A program made the position numbers and the translations under genes. A DNA stretch of 64,000 bases, taken from the NCBI GenBank assembly GCA_051313645.2, contig JBNRSN020000014.1, positions 122,264,001 through 122,328,000 on the forward strand, read 5' to 3'. The stretch is from Centroscyllium fabricii. Lineage: Eukaryota. Each line of letters starts with the position of its first letter. The stretch's first letter is position 1. This document shows positions 12,147-25,192 of the stretch, piece after piece. Under the pieces are notes generated by a model. That model saw only the letters and a list, made by a program, of their open reading frames with translations. It searched no databases and was not told the DNA's origin.

Positions 12147-14769
12147 GTGTCGAAAGAGTTAACATTTGAAGGGGGGTGTAATGGCCAGCCCAGTTGAAAG
12201 GACGAGGACGAGATACCGGTCACCCAACAGTCACAGACTGAACTCCAGCACCCAGTCACGGCTGGGAGGGCAATGTTCAGCTAAGGATTAAAAAAAACAG
12301 TTTTAAGCTCTGATGCCAAAAGAGATCTGAAACTGCAGACACCAAACAGGAGCCTGGCCGCTCCCTGCCAATTCAATCCCAGTGTCCTGTTCCACAATAT
12401 CCGTTTCGCAACCGTCTTAACGTCTACTTTCCACGTCAGTCTTCACACACACACAAAGTTCAAGATTTTTTTTTTTACAAGTTCCATGTTTACATTTCTT
12501 TTATTTCCCTTCCACTGGAGGTTTAGTCTAGACTTTTCCTCACCCGGTTTATACACATTCAATAAGTAGATGTAATCATACTTTGAACGGGCCCTGGTTT
12601 ATTAATTCCCCTCCACCACCACAGGCTCATTCCGTCTCTCACTGAAGGGTAAAGGGCGAGGAATGTTGATTTATGCCGTGTCACCCATTCTCCAGGCATT
12701 CCCCCGCCTTGGCTTGGACCCTTTGGCAGACTAGAATCCCCCCCCACCCCACTCCCCACTCCCCTCCCAAAATAAAATCTGGTAAAAAGGCTTCCTTGTG
12801 TCGGGGAAGGGGGCGGTGCATAGCTCATTTTAAATAATCTCCGGTTGGACTGCAACCTCAAAAAAGCATTACGTGGCGCTTCAAAATGTCCAGTTTTAAT
12901 TTCTGGCACACCGATTGCGGCAGGTTCCCCCCCCCCCCCCCGCAGCGCATTAAAGTTGTGGGGTAATTTTTAACTGGAGCTTTCAAAAAAATCAAAAAAA
13001 ATCCCAGTACCGTTTTCAACCATTGAAAACAATTGGGAATTTGCCATATTTCAACCGGAGTGCCCCTGTCAATTTCGCGTCAGTGTCACCCTGTATATTT
13101 ACATCGACCAATCGGCGCGCTGGGCTGATTTGTACGGTGGAGTAAGCAAATAGGTCAGCGGCCTTCCACTTTCAGCCAGAGTGTCAGGGAAATCTAACAA
13201 TGCAAATTACATTTATAGATCCGCCTTAGGGGGTCCTTTTAATGACAAAGGCCGTACATTTTATCATTTTTTTTAAATATAAAAAAATAATCGAGGAACC
13301 AAGGTGACGGGACTAGACCCCAGTGCAGGATCCCATCAAGTTTATACATAAAGGAACAAGGTGAACCAGGAAGCTCCCCCTGATGGGGTGACTCCAAGTT
13401 TGGCGTTTTAAAAGGGTGAAGATTATAGTAGGATGTAAAAGCTGACGGACTAAGGAGATACATGTCGTTTTGAGATCCTTGTGGGTTCTTGAGCGAACGA
13501 GCATCTCAATGTTTAGTTTATTCCACTTAAAACGTTTCGAAGTCGAATTGCCTCTTTCCAAATGGTCTTTGTGCATTTTACAAATGGGAGTTGTTGTGAT
13601 CCCGGAACGTGCTGCCTGCAGGGGCGGTGGAATCAGCTTCAACAGTAACTTTCAAAGGGGAATGGGATGAATGCTTGAAGGGGCAACATTCGCAGGAGCT
13701 GTGGGGGAAAGAGCCAGGGTGGAGGGGGGGGGGGTGCAGTGGGAGAGCGCTTTCCAAGAGCCGGCACAGGCGAGACGGGCCGAATGGCCTCCTGCGTTGT
13801 ATCATTCCAGCAAAGCAGGACATTTCTCCGTCTGTACAATACAGTGAAGCCCCGGGGGAGAGCCCCGGGCGATACTATCCGTTACTGGAAAATATCGAGA
13901 GTGGAAATGTGTTTAGCTGGTGTGCATTTTGCTGTTGTAGATTTCCAAATGCAGTTTTTTTTGGCAGGCTAACCCCCTCCACCCCCGCATCCCCCTCCAA
14001 ATAAAGAGCATGTTTAGATTTAACTGCCCCCCCCCCCCCCCACCAAAAAAAAAGAAATGGAGGCAATTATTGCTGGTAATTTCTCAAGCAGAGCATTGTG
14101 GCTAGCAGCGATTAGCAGGAACTTGCTTGTGTCGTACAGTGCAGCACTTAATAGCAGCTGCACTGTGGTGAGTGGGTGGAGAGTTAGCTTCAGATGGTTT
14201 TTGCCCATTAGTTCGGAAGCATTAGCAAAATTGCTGTTGTTTTGGAAGAGTTTCTATCGAGTGAGCCTGTGGAACAACTTATTGTCCGCGCAACGTTCCT
14301 AGATAAATAATTGACTAGGAATGATAAGAGTAAAATAGCACTTTGTTTCTCTCTCCCCCCCCCCACCCTTTTTTTTGTATGTCGGGCATAATGTCCTGAA
14401 GCAACGATTGAATGCTCCTGGAGAATACTCGGGTTTTGTTACAGAACACTGCAAAACCAATGTCGTTCTGTGTCTACAAGCAGCGGCCAAGTCGTCAGTT
14501 CCAAGGGCGCTTTGTCTTGAAGTTTACAGGAATCCCCCTTTCCACGGATCCTGTAGCTCATGTCAGACACTAGATTCAGAAGCATTCATCCATAGACGCT
14601 GAGGCCACCAGCGCAATGGAAGGAACAAGATATTCAAACCAGGGGGGGGGGGGGGGGGGGAGATTGTTTGTGCTGTCGAGCCTCTTGTGTCGGCCCCCCT
14701 CCACTTGCCTTGCCGGCTGGGCTGCAAGCTCTGGAATTCTGCCCCTAAAACTCTCCCTTTCCTCCTGTG

Positions 14770-15025
14770 AGAAGTCACGCAACAGCAGGTTATAGTCCAA
14801 CAGCTTTATTAGAAATCACAAGCTTTCGGAGCGTTGCTCCTTCGTCAGGTGAAGTGTAGAGATACACACACATAGGCTCAGCATATGTAAATCTCTTCAC
14901 TTCACCTGACGAAGGGGCAGCGCTCCGAAAGCTTGTGATTTCAAATAAAACTGTTGGACTATAACCTGCTGTTGTGTGACTTGTTACATTTGTCCACCCC
15001 AGTCCAACACCGGCACCTCCACATC
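14770..15025. mobile_element. Inverted Penelope-like terminal repeat pair with two hammerhead motifs (14816-14852 on -, 14902-14938 on +)
   Basis: Inverted arms around a short spacer. Same 3' extension (TTGTCCACCCCAGTCCAACACCGGCACCTCCAC) as the 10.1 kb copy. Confidence 0.75.
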
Positions 15026-18000
15026 ATTTCCTCCTGTAAGTCGCTCCTTAAAATCTCCCTCTTTGACCCAGATTTTGGTCACCTGCCCTAATTTATCCTT
15101 ATGTGGCTCGGGGGGCAAATTTGGACTTATTAGCGCCCTGGGAGGACGTGTTTGCTACCGCATTAAAGGCGAGTTCTTGTCCTGTAGAGTTCCTGTTGGT
15201 CTGAGTTCAGAAACAGACTCAGTCCCACCCGCACCCACCCTCAGGACAGACAGTGCAGTACTTGAAACTGATGAGCGTGCATTTCACCGCTGCGCTGTTG
15301 CGAGTTGTGTCTGGATAAGCAAGTTTTGGTGATGTTTTTACCCGTTATGACAAAGTGCCAGTGGGAGAGAAATTGAATGTCAAGTCTTGTTAAGTATTCA
15401 TCCACATTTACAGCGGAGTTTCTATGGCAACGCATTATGGTGTACTTCCTAAAAGACCCTCAGCAGCTGAGTGTTAATGGGGGGGAAAACTGGAAGATCT
15501 GTGTAAATAACCAAGCCTTGGTATGTGGGGCCGAATGAATTAGTAGCAAGGTGCAGTACAATTCGCCCCAGTCTCTGTATACCAGCGAGGCTACCTCGAA
15601 TGAAGGAAGATGTGTGTGTTGGGTACAAATGGATGGATGGTATGAAGAGGGACCTATAGTTATCGGAGCGAAAGTGCTTTCAATGGGGTTCTGTATAGAA
15701 ATGAGTGGGTGTTGTTGGCTCGGGCCAGTCGTGAATTGAGGTTTCATGCACTATTTTGGATTCTAGTGAATGTCACTATTCAGATACTTTGTTTATCTAC
15801 TCCGACCTGTAGTAAGAACCACCGGCTTTTTTTTTTGGAAATATTAAAAAAAAAACACAATGACTCCTCTATCTTCCCAAAGGCGACTTTGTAGTGCTTT
15901 TTTCTCTCTCTCTCCATGGGTCACACTGCTGGTCAACCGCCGACTGTGGGCTGGCCTCATTCACTGTGAAGCCGCTCGGAACGCCAGACATTTCCTCTGC
16001 GTTTGGGGTTGGCGGTAACCGGGGTGCCTCCCGGCCGGGTTAGCTGGCAGAGTGTGAAGCTCGTCAACATCTGCATGCTTTGGAGGGGAGGGAGGGCGGT
16101 GGGGGGTGGGGGTGCGGTTGCTGGGACCGGGAATGTTTGAGGTACAGAATAAACCCAACACTGACGGGAAGGGCTTGGTGGCATTCTGCAATTTTTTTGG
16201 GACCTGCCGATCCAAACTTGGCAATCTTTGCTGTACTTCGCCAGATATTAATAATCCCTTTCATTGACTTAAAAGGGAATGTTGTGCTTTAGTGAAACGT
16301 GGAGCGCCGGGTTTGCTGTGCTGTGCTGTAAGCTAACACTGCCCGCCTGTAATGCAGACAGTAAAGTATATTAAAGATGTGTTTTCTCAGTGTTTCAGTG
16401 GTTATGGTGCCGTTTACATCGGGTACCCACATTAATTAAAGCAATGCACACTAACTATCTGAATTGTCATTGATAGTCTTTGCAGGCTTGATGCTGAAAA
16501 TTGCTCGGTGTAGTATTTACCATGGCTCTGACTTTGTGTGTCTTGATCTTAACAATCCCACCGGCAATAGGTTGTGCTTATAATCTTGGACCAAATACTT
16601 CCCTTTCGCCCGTTTTAAGACGTTCCCGCGTCTTTATTCCTGCTGAATTCACCCCTTAAGACCCACATCCCTTCTGTTAACTAACATCTTCGCGCTTTTA
16701 ACAGGACAGTTATTTACCCGATTGTAATGTTCTTGAATGTGATCCATCCTTACTGCGGCGTATCGCGCTGTAGATGGAGCGGGTTGTGTGTGAGCATTTC
16801 GGAGCACGCCGGCAATTTTTTTTTAAAAAACGACCGAAGTCCATGGCAGTCAAATAGGAGATGCTGTGATTTTAATCCTGAGAAAGGACATTTCTGGAGC
16901 ATTGTGTACAATCGCCTCCCTCCACCCGCACAGCCACTGACACCCACTGCAGACCCGAGAGCCCGAATGACACTTTCCCTTGAAGCCTCGGTAAAGAAAG
17001 GATTTCGCCACTTGCTCAACGACACAGCGCGTTCTGTGAAATGCTATGCTTTCTTACGTTAGAAAACACACGGGTGGCTTTGGGTTAGCAATCTGAGAAA
17101 TCCAACAAGACCATTTCGAAGAGCCGATTGTCCTGAATTTTTTGGGTAGGTGTTTATATTTGTTCTCACCAAGCCAGACAGGTGTGTGTGTGTCCCGTGT
17201 GTGTGTCCCGTGTGTTTGGGGTTAAAAGTAGTGGAAGCTGCCAGATTGCAGCTGTAAAATATTTATTGTTTTTAACTAACTCTCTGGGAAAGGAGAGCCG
17301 AGAACACAAACTGCAGCTGTGCGGATCTACTGCCTATATTGCAATTGTTAATTGTACTTGTTGAAGGCTAAGCGAGGCACATTCTCCCACAACACTGCTG
17401 CAATGCAGCATGCAAAAGTCAGAACTCTCAATCCTGGTCGACCAGCCGAAAACTGCCCATCTCCCAAACGTAACTCAGATTAATTCAGTTTTCATTGATT
17501 TGTTTTTTTTGTTAAGGTGAGATTTTGATGATCAGTTTGACCCTTCGGTTTTACCAGCTCTTTGGGATAAGGAAGCAAAAAATATCCCCCCCCCCCCCCC
17601 CCCCACCTCCAACCACCACAAAAAAAACACCGACCCACTAATGTGCAGATACTGCACTCCACTATCCAGAGAGCACCTTGAGCCTCCTGCTCTGCCTGGC
17701 TGCTCAAACAGTCCTTAAGACGGTGGAAGATGTCGCTTTTTGTTAAGCTCATGCCAAAAAAAGTAATGTTCTAAACACATATTCGCAGTGGTGTGTTAAT
17801 AGCAAATGGGTTATAGGATAACACTGTTGTAGCACCGATGGGAGATGGAAGCATTTCTTTTGACAGCCCTGTGTAGATGTAATGAAGTCTGGTTATATAT
17901 TTAAGAGCATTTTGCCAACTGTATAATTTTATAATTTTATGTACATACAATAATAATGGCGAGGGGGAGTAAACTGGGTCTTTAAAGTCTCTCTCGGAGT

Positions 18001-19264
18001 CTCCGTGGTGCATACATTTCCACAGCAGTCCTCTCTGGGCCTTTGTGTTATCAGTTCAAATGACTGAGTCTGGCTGACTGCTGCTGACTCTCCCCTTGGT
18101 CCAGGTTTGCTTTTAAAGAAACACAAGGCAGATTCCAACCTGACAGCCCCATCACTTCATTACAGTCCTCAGCCCCCTGCGCTCAAATCCCTCCTCGCAA
18201 TTTCTTTAAGCCTCTCCGTTCACCGCCCGCCCCCCCCCCCCCCTCTACTCCTTTGACCGGAGTTACAGAAGAAGAAGAAGAAGAAAAAAAAGATGAATAA
18301 TGCATAAATCTGTTTGAAATGTGTGCCAATCCATAACTTGGAAAGGAAAAAGCGCTGAGGGTTTGTTTTTTGGGGGTCCTTTTATTTGCTGGGAGTCAGC
18401 AGATTGCCTTATCTCTTTGGTGCATTGCTTTAGAGAGGGGAGAGGGACCCATCTGTCTGGGCACTTTGAATGTGGTGGGCTATTTAAGTGGATGAGTGTT
18501 TCTTTTTATGGGGGGGAGCGGAGGTAGGGTCTATACCACTAGGTCCAACGGTATAGATTCCTACACATTTCAACCGTCAACCCAGATTAAGTAGGAATCA
18601 ATACACTATCTACCCACCCCAGCCTGTTTTACCCGTTGCAGTATTGGTCTGGAAGTTTAACCCATTTCACATCAAGCTTAATGAAAACCACGGTAATACC
18701 CTTCCTCTCAACTTCAAGTTACATTTAGAAATAAGTTGCAGGCCGATCGATAGGAGACACATTGGATGTGCTTTTTCTTTTAATGAACCATCCACACAAA
18801 TCGACCTAAAAACCGACTGTGTGCCTTCATGTTTCCTGCTGTTTCCTGCTGCAGGGTTTCCTGTGGTGGAGATTCTGCTGAAGTTGAGCTGACAATGGCC
18901 AACTGCTAATAACCTAGACTGCTCCTTAATTCTAAATCTGTATACTTGGCAATATTTGTAAAGGTTATATGTTTCATTGATTCCTTTATGGAGGGAGGGT
19001 TAGAGCAGTACTCTTTATCTAGCTGTCCAGTTAGTTTCAGTTCAGTTATAGTGCAGCTACCAGTCTCGGAACAAGGTCTGTGCATAGGCAGCAGACTGGA
19101 GTTATACAGCCAACTGCAGGCGGCACTGAGGTCGGTCATAAATTGAGCTGCTCCCCACCTGGCTACTTTAGAATGTTGAGAGTGTAAGTGTCTACTAACA
19201 CTGAGAAGGAAGCTTAGAAGTTGCCCAAGAGGTGCCTGGGTACTCTTAAAATGTAAATTCATAT

Positions 19265-19642
19265 CACAGAAACACAGAAGATAGGAGCAGGAGTAGGCCA
19301 TTCGGCCCTTCGAGCCTGCTCCGCCATTTTGATGAGATCATGGCTGATCACCCAAACCCAGCATCCCCCTCCTACCCTCTCCCCATATCCCCCAACACCC
19401 CAACTCTCAAGAACTATATCTCACACACATACTCATGGGCAATTTTTTTTTAGTATCTCCAATTCACCTAACCTGCATGTCTTTGGGTGGTGGGAGGAAA
19501 CCGGAGCACCCAGAGGAAACCCACACGAACACGGGGAGAACATGCAAACTCCACGCAGAGAGGTCCCGAGCCAAGCAGGATTCGAACCCAGGAGCTCGTT
19601 ATTGCGAGGCAGCAGCGCTAACCACTGCGCCACAGTGTCGTC
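19265..19642 (-). mobile_element. tRNA-derived V-SINE (HE1-like), subfamily B
   Basis: tRNA-like head with A/B boxes, V-domain GGAGTTTGCATGTTCTCCCCGTG and CR1-type tail. Matches 34631-35003. Confidence 0.8.
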
Positions 19643-19989
19643 GGGCTGGCGTTATACCACATCTGCTGTGAGCTCAAAGCAACATGAGGTGGTGTCCCAT
19701 AGAGGTGCTCATACCACTTGGGTTTAGGTGCTGGGGTGGGGTGGGGGGGTGGTCAGGCTGGGAACAGACATCCTGACTTGTGCCGTCACTTTAATGTCGC
19801 TGTACACCCAAAACCACCTGGCATTAAGATAAGTGGCAGTATAACAGTTTTCTAGATGAACCTTCTTGGAAATGCTAAAATGTAACCGGATCGATTGGTA
19901 TTATTTGAAATTCAAGTTTTGCATTAAAAAAAAATTGCATTGATTTTTGATCTCTGAATTAGCTCAGAGTATAACTGAATTAAAAAAAA

Positions 19990-20210
19990 TTATTTTCTGG
20001 TTGTGGGCGTCACTGGTAAGGCCAGCATTTGTTACCCATCCCCAGTTTCCCTTGAGAAGCTGGAGGTGGGCCTTCTTCTTGAACCGCTGCAGTCCGTGTG
20101 GTGAAGGTGCTCCCACAGTGCTGTTCAGGGGGAGTTCCAGGATTTTGGCCCAGGGACAGCAATATATGTCTATCTGACCTGGATGAGAACTGTCCTTGAC
20201 CTTCTAGGTG
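19990..20210 (-). mobile_element. LINE 3' fragment (CR1 group)
   Basis: Reverse complement of the 50700-51095 segment (CACCACACGGACTGCAGCGGTTCAAGAAG). Confidence 0.55.
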
Positions 20211-22363
20211 GTGGAGGTTGTGGGTTTGGGTGGTGTTGTGGAACGCTAAGTGGAAATTTAGAAATATAATTATTGAAGAAGAGGATTGATTGTCAGTATT
20301 AAATTTTACAATCAGCAAGATTTTAACTTGAAGGAGAGGGTCCAGTCCTGAGAGGCCCCAAACACTTCTTTCTTAACTCAAATTGGAGGTGGCCTTGGGA
20401 ATGGAGTAATGGCCATCTAGGGAAATGTCCCTGCAAAAAGCTTTTAGTCTTGGGGAATCCTTTTGGAAGGTGGTAATTTGAAAGTGAAGACTGATGTGTT
20501 TTATTAGCAGTTAGTGGGGTGTGTCTGTCAGCAGCAACCTGTCTGTGACATCTCTCTAACACCCTATGACTCTAACACCCCATGACACAAAAGCAATCAG
20601 AGGCTTCCAAAAAAAATCCCCCTTCAGTCTTAGGCGACAATGAAATTGGTTTCTATGATTTTTTCTTTCTAACTTTGTCTGTAAAGAGCCTGATTCATTT
20701 CTACCAGATATTTTATATCTACATCTGATTGATACAAAGCAGAAAATGGTTATAAATCTCTAAAACAAGATAAATGTGGCAATGGCTTAGGAAACATAGT
20801 AACGTTACAGGAAACACGACAGTTTTTAATGAAATGCAACTGCTTTCAAACCCACATATATTAAGACGTGCTTATCATATTGATAATTATATGTAAATGA
20901 TTAGGAGTAAATGTATTGACATATGCAATATTTAGAATCATTTTGGGGTTCGATCTAATCAAATCTGACTATTTTCCTTTCCTACCATGGATGTCAATCA
21001 ATGCAAAACCAATACACTCAGTGTACAATAACCTTGCTTAAGTGGAACTGTAACAGTAACTTCCCCCTCCCCCTTTTAACATTTGGTACTTTATAACCGT
21101 TGAGAGCTTTGTAACCTATTCTTGCCCTCACCTAGAAATAGAAAAAGATTCTTTGAAAATGGCCCGATTCTATCTCGGAGCGATGCTCCACGAGGTTTTC
21201 TGTGCAGTAAACAGCGTGCAAAAGTAGAAGAGGGAGAAAACCTGATAAAAACCCTACTTTTTGGGCGATGAGAAAGCCAGATTCTGTGGAACAGATCGCA
21301 CTAATTCCTTCGGTGCTGAATTCCCCAGTGATAACAGGGAACTCCGTGCCCGAGTAATTCACCTTTCCTTTCGACTTATTGGCTGCCTTTGCATACAACA
21401 TGCCTTATTTATGCCCGCACTGTTTATGCCGCAATAAAAGAGTTTATTTATACATTGAAACAATCATCCATACAGTGAAACATTTTCTTCCAGATCGTTA
21501 AAACCTCACAATTTGACTTTTTTCTTTGTTAGCACCATGCAGTTTTATGTTTGTGGGTGTGATAATCCCATTTCCCACAGGATTAATATTCAACATCTGT
21601 ACAAATGTGGAACGATGACTCACATATGTGAAATGACACCTCGATGGTCCCAGAAGTAGCTTAAAAAGCGGAATTATTGCTTCAGTGGAGGCTGTGCACA
21701 TATAGGACTCGCTGTCTCCGAACAGTATCAGTGCGTTCCAGATATCCTTCCACTCGAGCAAAAAGCCATAATAAACCAGACACGCATATGTAGGGATCAT
21801 CCTCCACATTGTTCGCTTTTAAAGTCGAGTGAGCGAAAGACTTTCTCCGGGTGGGAAACGGAGACTTGGTCACGAGGAATGTAAAATGATTTGAAATGCT
21901 TTTTTTTTTGTTTGCGGTTGAAGACTGCTTGGACCTGTTTTGACAGGAGGGTGTCTGAGAGAACTGGTGAAGTATTAATTGCTTTGGTCTGTGCTGGGGC
22001 CCAGTTTGTGGTAACTTTTTTTCAGTACTAGCTGCTTGTGTGTTAAAACTAGGAATTCTGTCCCTTATTAGCCCTGACAGGGACTCGGCTCCTTTACGGT
22101 GTTTGTCTTATATTATAGCTATAAAAGGCAATCTCTTACTTGGCAAAGGTTTAATCGCCTCATCTTGAGCTTTCTGTAACCCTTGGGAGATTGCATAATG
22201 CACAACAGCACTAGATACATACTGCTTTTAATGATTGTGCTAACTCCACTGAATGGTCCCTTACATTACGCAGAGCCTGAATCTGTTTCTCATCACTAAA
22301 CATATACAAGATTGTGCAAGTCAGCCTTAATGTTAAACATTATAAAGCAACTGGAGGATAGAA

Positions 22364-22406
22364 TGTGTGTCTGTGTGTCGGTGTGTGTGTGTCTGGCTGT
22401 GTGTAT

Positions 22407-22444
<38 letters not shown>

Positions 22445-23090
22445 CTGTGTGTCTGGCTGTGTGTTTGTGCCTGTCTGTGTGTGTCCGTGTGTGTGTGTCT
22501 GTGTGTGTGTGTGTCTGGCTGGCTGTGGGTGTGTGTCTGTGTGTGTGCCTGTCTGNNNNNNNNNNNNNNNNNNNNNNNNNNNNNNNNNNNNNNNNNNNNN
22601 NNNNNNNNNNNNNNNNNNNNNNNNNNNNNNNNNNNNNNNNNNNNNNNNNNNNNNNNNNNNNNNNNNNNNNNNNNNNNNNNNNNNNNNNNNNNNNNNNNNN
22701 NNNNNNNNNNNNNNNNNNNNNNNNNNNNNNNNNNNNNNNNNNNNNNNNNNNNNNNNNNNNNNNNNNNNNNNNNNNNNNNNNNNNNNNNNNNNNNNNNNNN
22801 NNNNNNNNNNNNNNNNNNNNNNNNNNNNNNNNNNNNNNNNNNNNNNNNNNNNNNNNNNNNNNNNNNNNNNNNNNNNNNNNNNNNNNNNNNNNNNNNNNNN
22901 NNNNNNNNNNNNNNNNNNNNNNNNNNNNNNNNNNNNNNNNNNNNNNNNNNNNNNNNNNNNNNNNNNNNNNNNNNNNNNNNNNNNNNNNNNNNNNNNNNNN
23001 NNNNNNNNNNNNNNNNNNNNNNNNNNNNNNNNNNNNNNNNNNNNNTGTCCGTCTGCATGTTTGTGTGTGTCTGTCTGCGTGTGTGTGCAT
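22364..23090. repeat. Degenerate (GT)n microsatellite spanning assembly gap 22556-23045
   Basis: GT/GTCT repeats flank a run of N. Confidence 0.95.
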
Positions 23091-24580
23091 CCGCATCCAT
23101 TTACGTAAAAAGAACCCCAAATGCTAGGCTATATTCAAAGGAAGACTATTTCTTAATGTTTGGTTGGATTTTAATCTTTTGAGAACTGGTATCTTCTTTC
23201 ACCTATAATAACATGTTTTGATATTTTCAGTGTGCTCAAATGCACAAAAAACTGTTCAAGGAAATTATACTGAGCTCAAATTCTGCTTTGTAAGATCTAA
23301 TATTTGAAATCTATGATATACCATGACTTTGACCACTTCAAAATAGAGCACGGAATTCAAATAACACCATATGCCTAAAATGGATTAAAAATCCTGCATT
23401 CTCCACTTACAGTCTTTTGCACAACAACACCGGGGCTTTGAACAGAATGCGAAACGTGATATTTTGTGACTTGTAATAGCCATTTACTGACATCAATTTG
23501 AGCTTTTGGTGAGGCCCAGTAGAATATTGGCAAGAGGGGAACAACATTACGATAGAAATAGATACTTAACTAATCACTTTGTCCTTGAGTTGGCCTGGGC
23601 ACTGTACTATATTGCCCGTGTACTTTAGCCAGCGGTTAAGTTGCCATACAGAGGCCAGCTAGCTCCATTGCAATAACACAGCAAACATTGAAATATATTC
23701 TTAGCCTTTCGGTTTATTAACTGAGCAATTGACGCACATGCTAATGGAAAAATATACACGCACGCAATTCCAAATTTGGAGCATGCTGATGCTCGCTGGT
23801 ATTTGTATTTGTTTGTTTATGTGCCAATATGTTTAGTATGGCCCAAATTCCTGATTTAATCAGTAATGGATTGAGTGTTCGATTACAAAAATAATTGGCT
23901 GCCACGGCCCTAATAAAGATTTATGAGGTACCCCGAAAGAATAAAGGTGATGGTGGCCTAACAAGAGGTAACGATGATTTATTGCGCAGTTCAGCTGTGG
24001 CTAATAAATCTCTATCTGTTATTCTAATGAAAGCTGTGACCTTTATCGCCTCGGTGAAGGATTCTTTAACTTTTTAACATGGCATCAATTACCAAATGAT
24101 GTTTCAACTGGAATTTGGACAATGCAAAAATGGTGAATGTTTTACGAATTGCAGCAGAATTAAACTTTACAAGATGGCTGCCTTTCACCTCTATGCCCCC
24201 TCCCACCCCATCTCCCCTGCCCCTCCTCCCCCCCGCCAACCCACCACAGTTTATTTAGAAAAGGCAGTAATGAAATGTCCTGTGTCGCAATGGAGTTTGC
24301 TATTTCGACTTTTAATATTCAGCAACTTTACTACAATAAATTTTTTTTTAAAGCAGATGTTTTAGGCATATTTTTCAAGGCTCCCCAAAGACCCGCTGCT
24401 TAAAACATAAGAAGATTCAATAATAAAGACGGGTCTTCTCAATCATGTGCTTCTAATGTTAGTGCATAATATCTTTCTATTTTTAGTGGTATTTGAGCAA
24501 TTATAAAACTTGCATCAAAATACGTGAGTCAGAAAGAATATGATTTTGATGTTAAGGACGGCCCCAGCCCATCTACTGCT

Positions 24581-24760
24581 GAAATGCTTATCCATGCGTT
24601 TGTTACTTTAGACTCGACTAATCCGACGCTCTCCTAACTGGCCTCTCACCTTGCACCCTCCGTGAACTTGAGCTCATCCAAAACTCTGCTGCCCGTGTCC
24701 CAACGTGCACCAGGTCCAGTTCACCCATCACCCCTGTGCTCACTGATCTATACTGGTCCC
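24581..24760 (+). mobile_element. L2 LINE ORF2 C-terminal remnant
   Basis: Degenerate LIHAFVT.RLD...LIQNSAARV...PITPVL.DL.W coding pattern. Confidence 0.6.
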
Positions 24761-24789
24761 ATTCGTCCTTCCGTATCTTGGCCAAGTGA

Positions 24790-25060
24790 CCATTACGTGA
24801 GCGCCGACAGGCTATCTGACCACTGCGAGTGCCACGTCTGAGCCCGTTCCTGCCCTCACCCTACAGTCACCTACCCACACAGCCAGCCAGCGAGGGCCGC
24901 TGGACTGTGATCAGCATCTAGCGTTCTCCCCGCTAGCCTAATTGGCACCGAGGCCAATTGTAGCCCCTGGCCGCACCCCGCCCCTCCCCCACTACCACCA
25001 CCACCAACTCAGCTGAGATCATCTAACTCAGCAGAGAGCAGGGATTGAAGCAGGCACCCT
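24790..25060 (-). mobile_element. Old unclassified SINE-like repeat (related copies ~34430-34600, ~38010-38085, ~57290-57460)
   Basis: Shared blocks such as GAGGC(C/T)AA(T/C)TGTAGC and CTCAGCA.AGA between dispersed copies. Confidence 0.4.
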
Positions 25061-25192
25061 GTGTAGTTCAGCCTAGGAAAAAAATATTGTTTAAACTGTT
25101 GTCGCTGCCAGTTCTGTTATATTTAGTGAGGGTGCACAGATATTTTTTTAGAGGTTTTTGTAATTCGCATATGTTACTTGTGGTGCCTAGTA

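Noticed and set aside
22296-23182. Long ORFs of 247-274 aa
   Set aside because: Artefacts of the GT repeat and the N gap.
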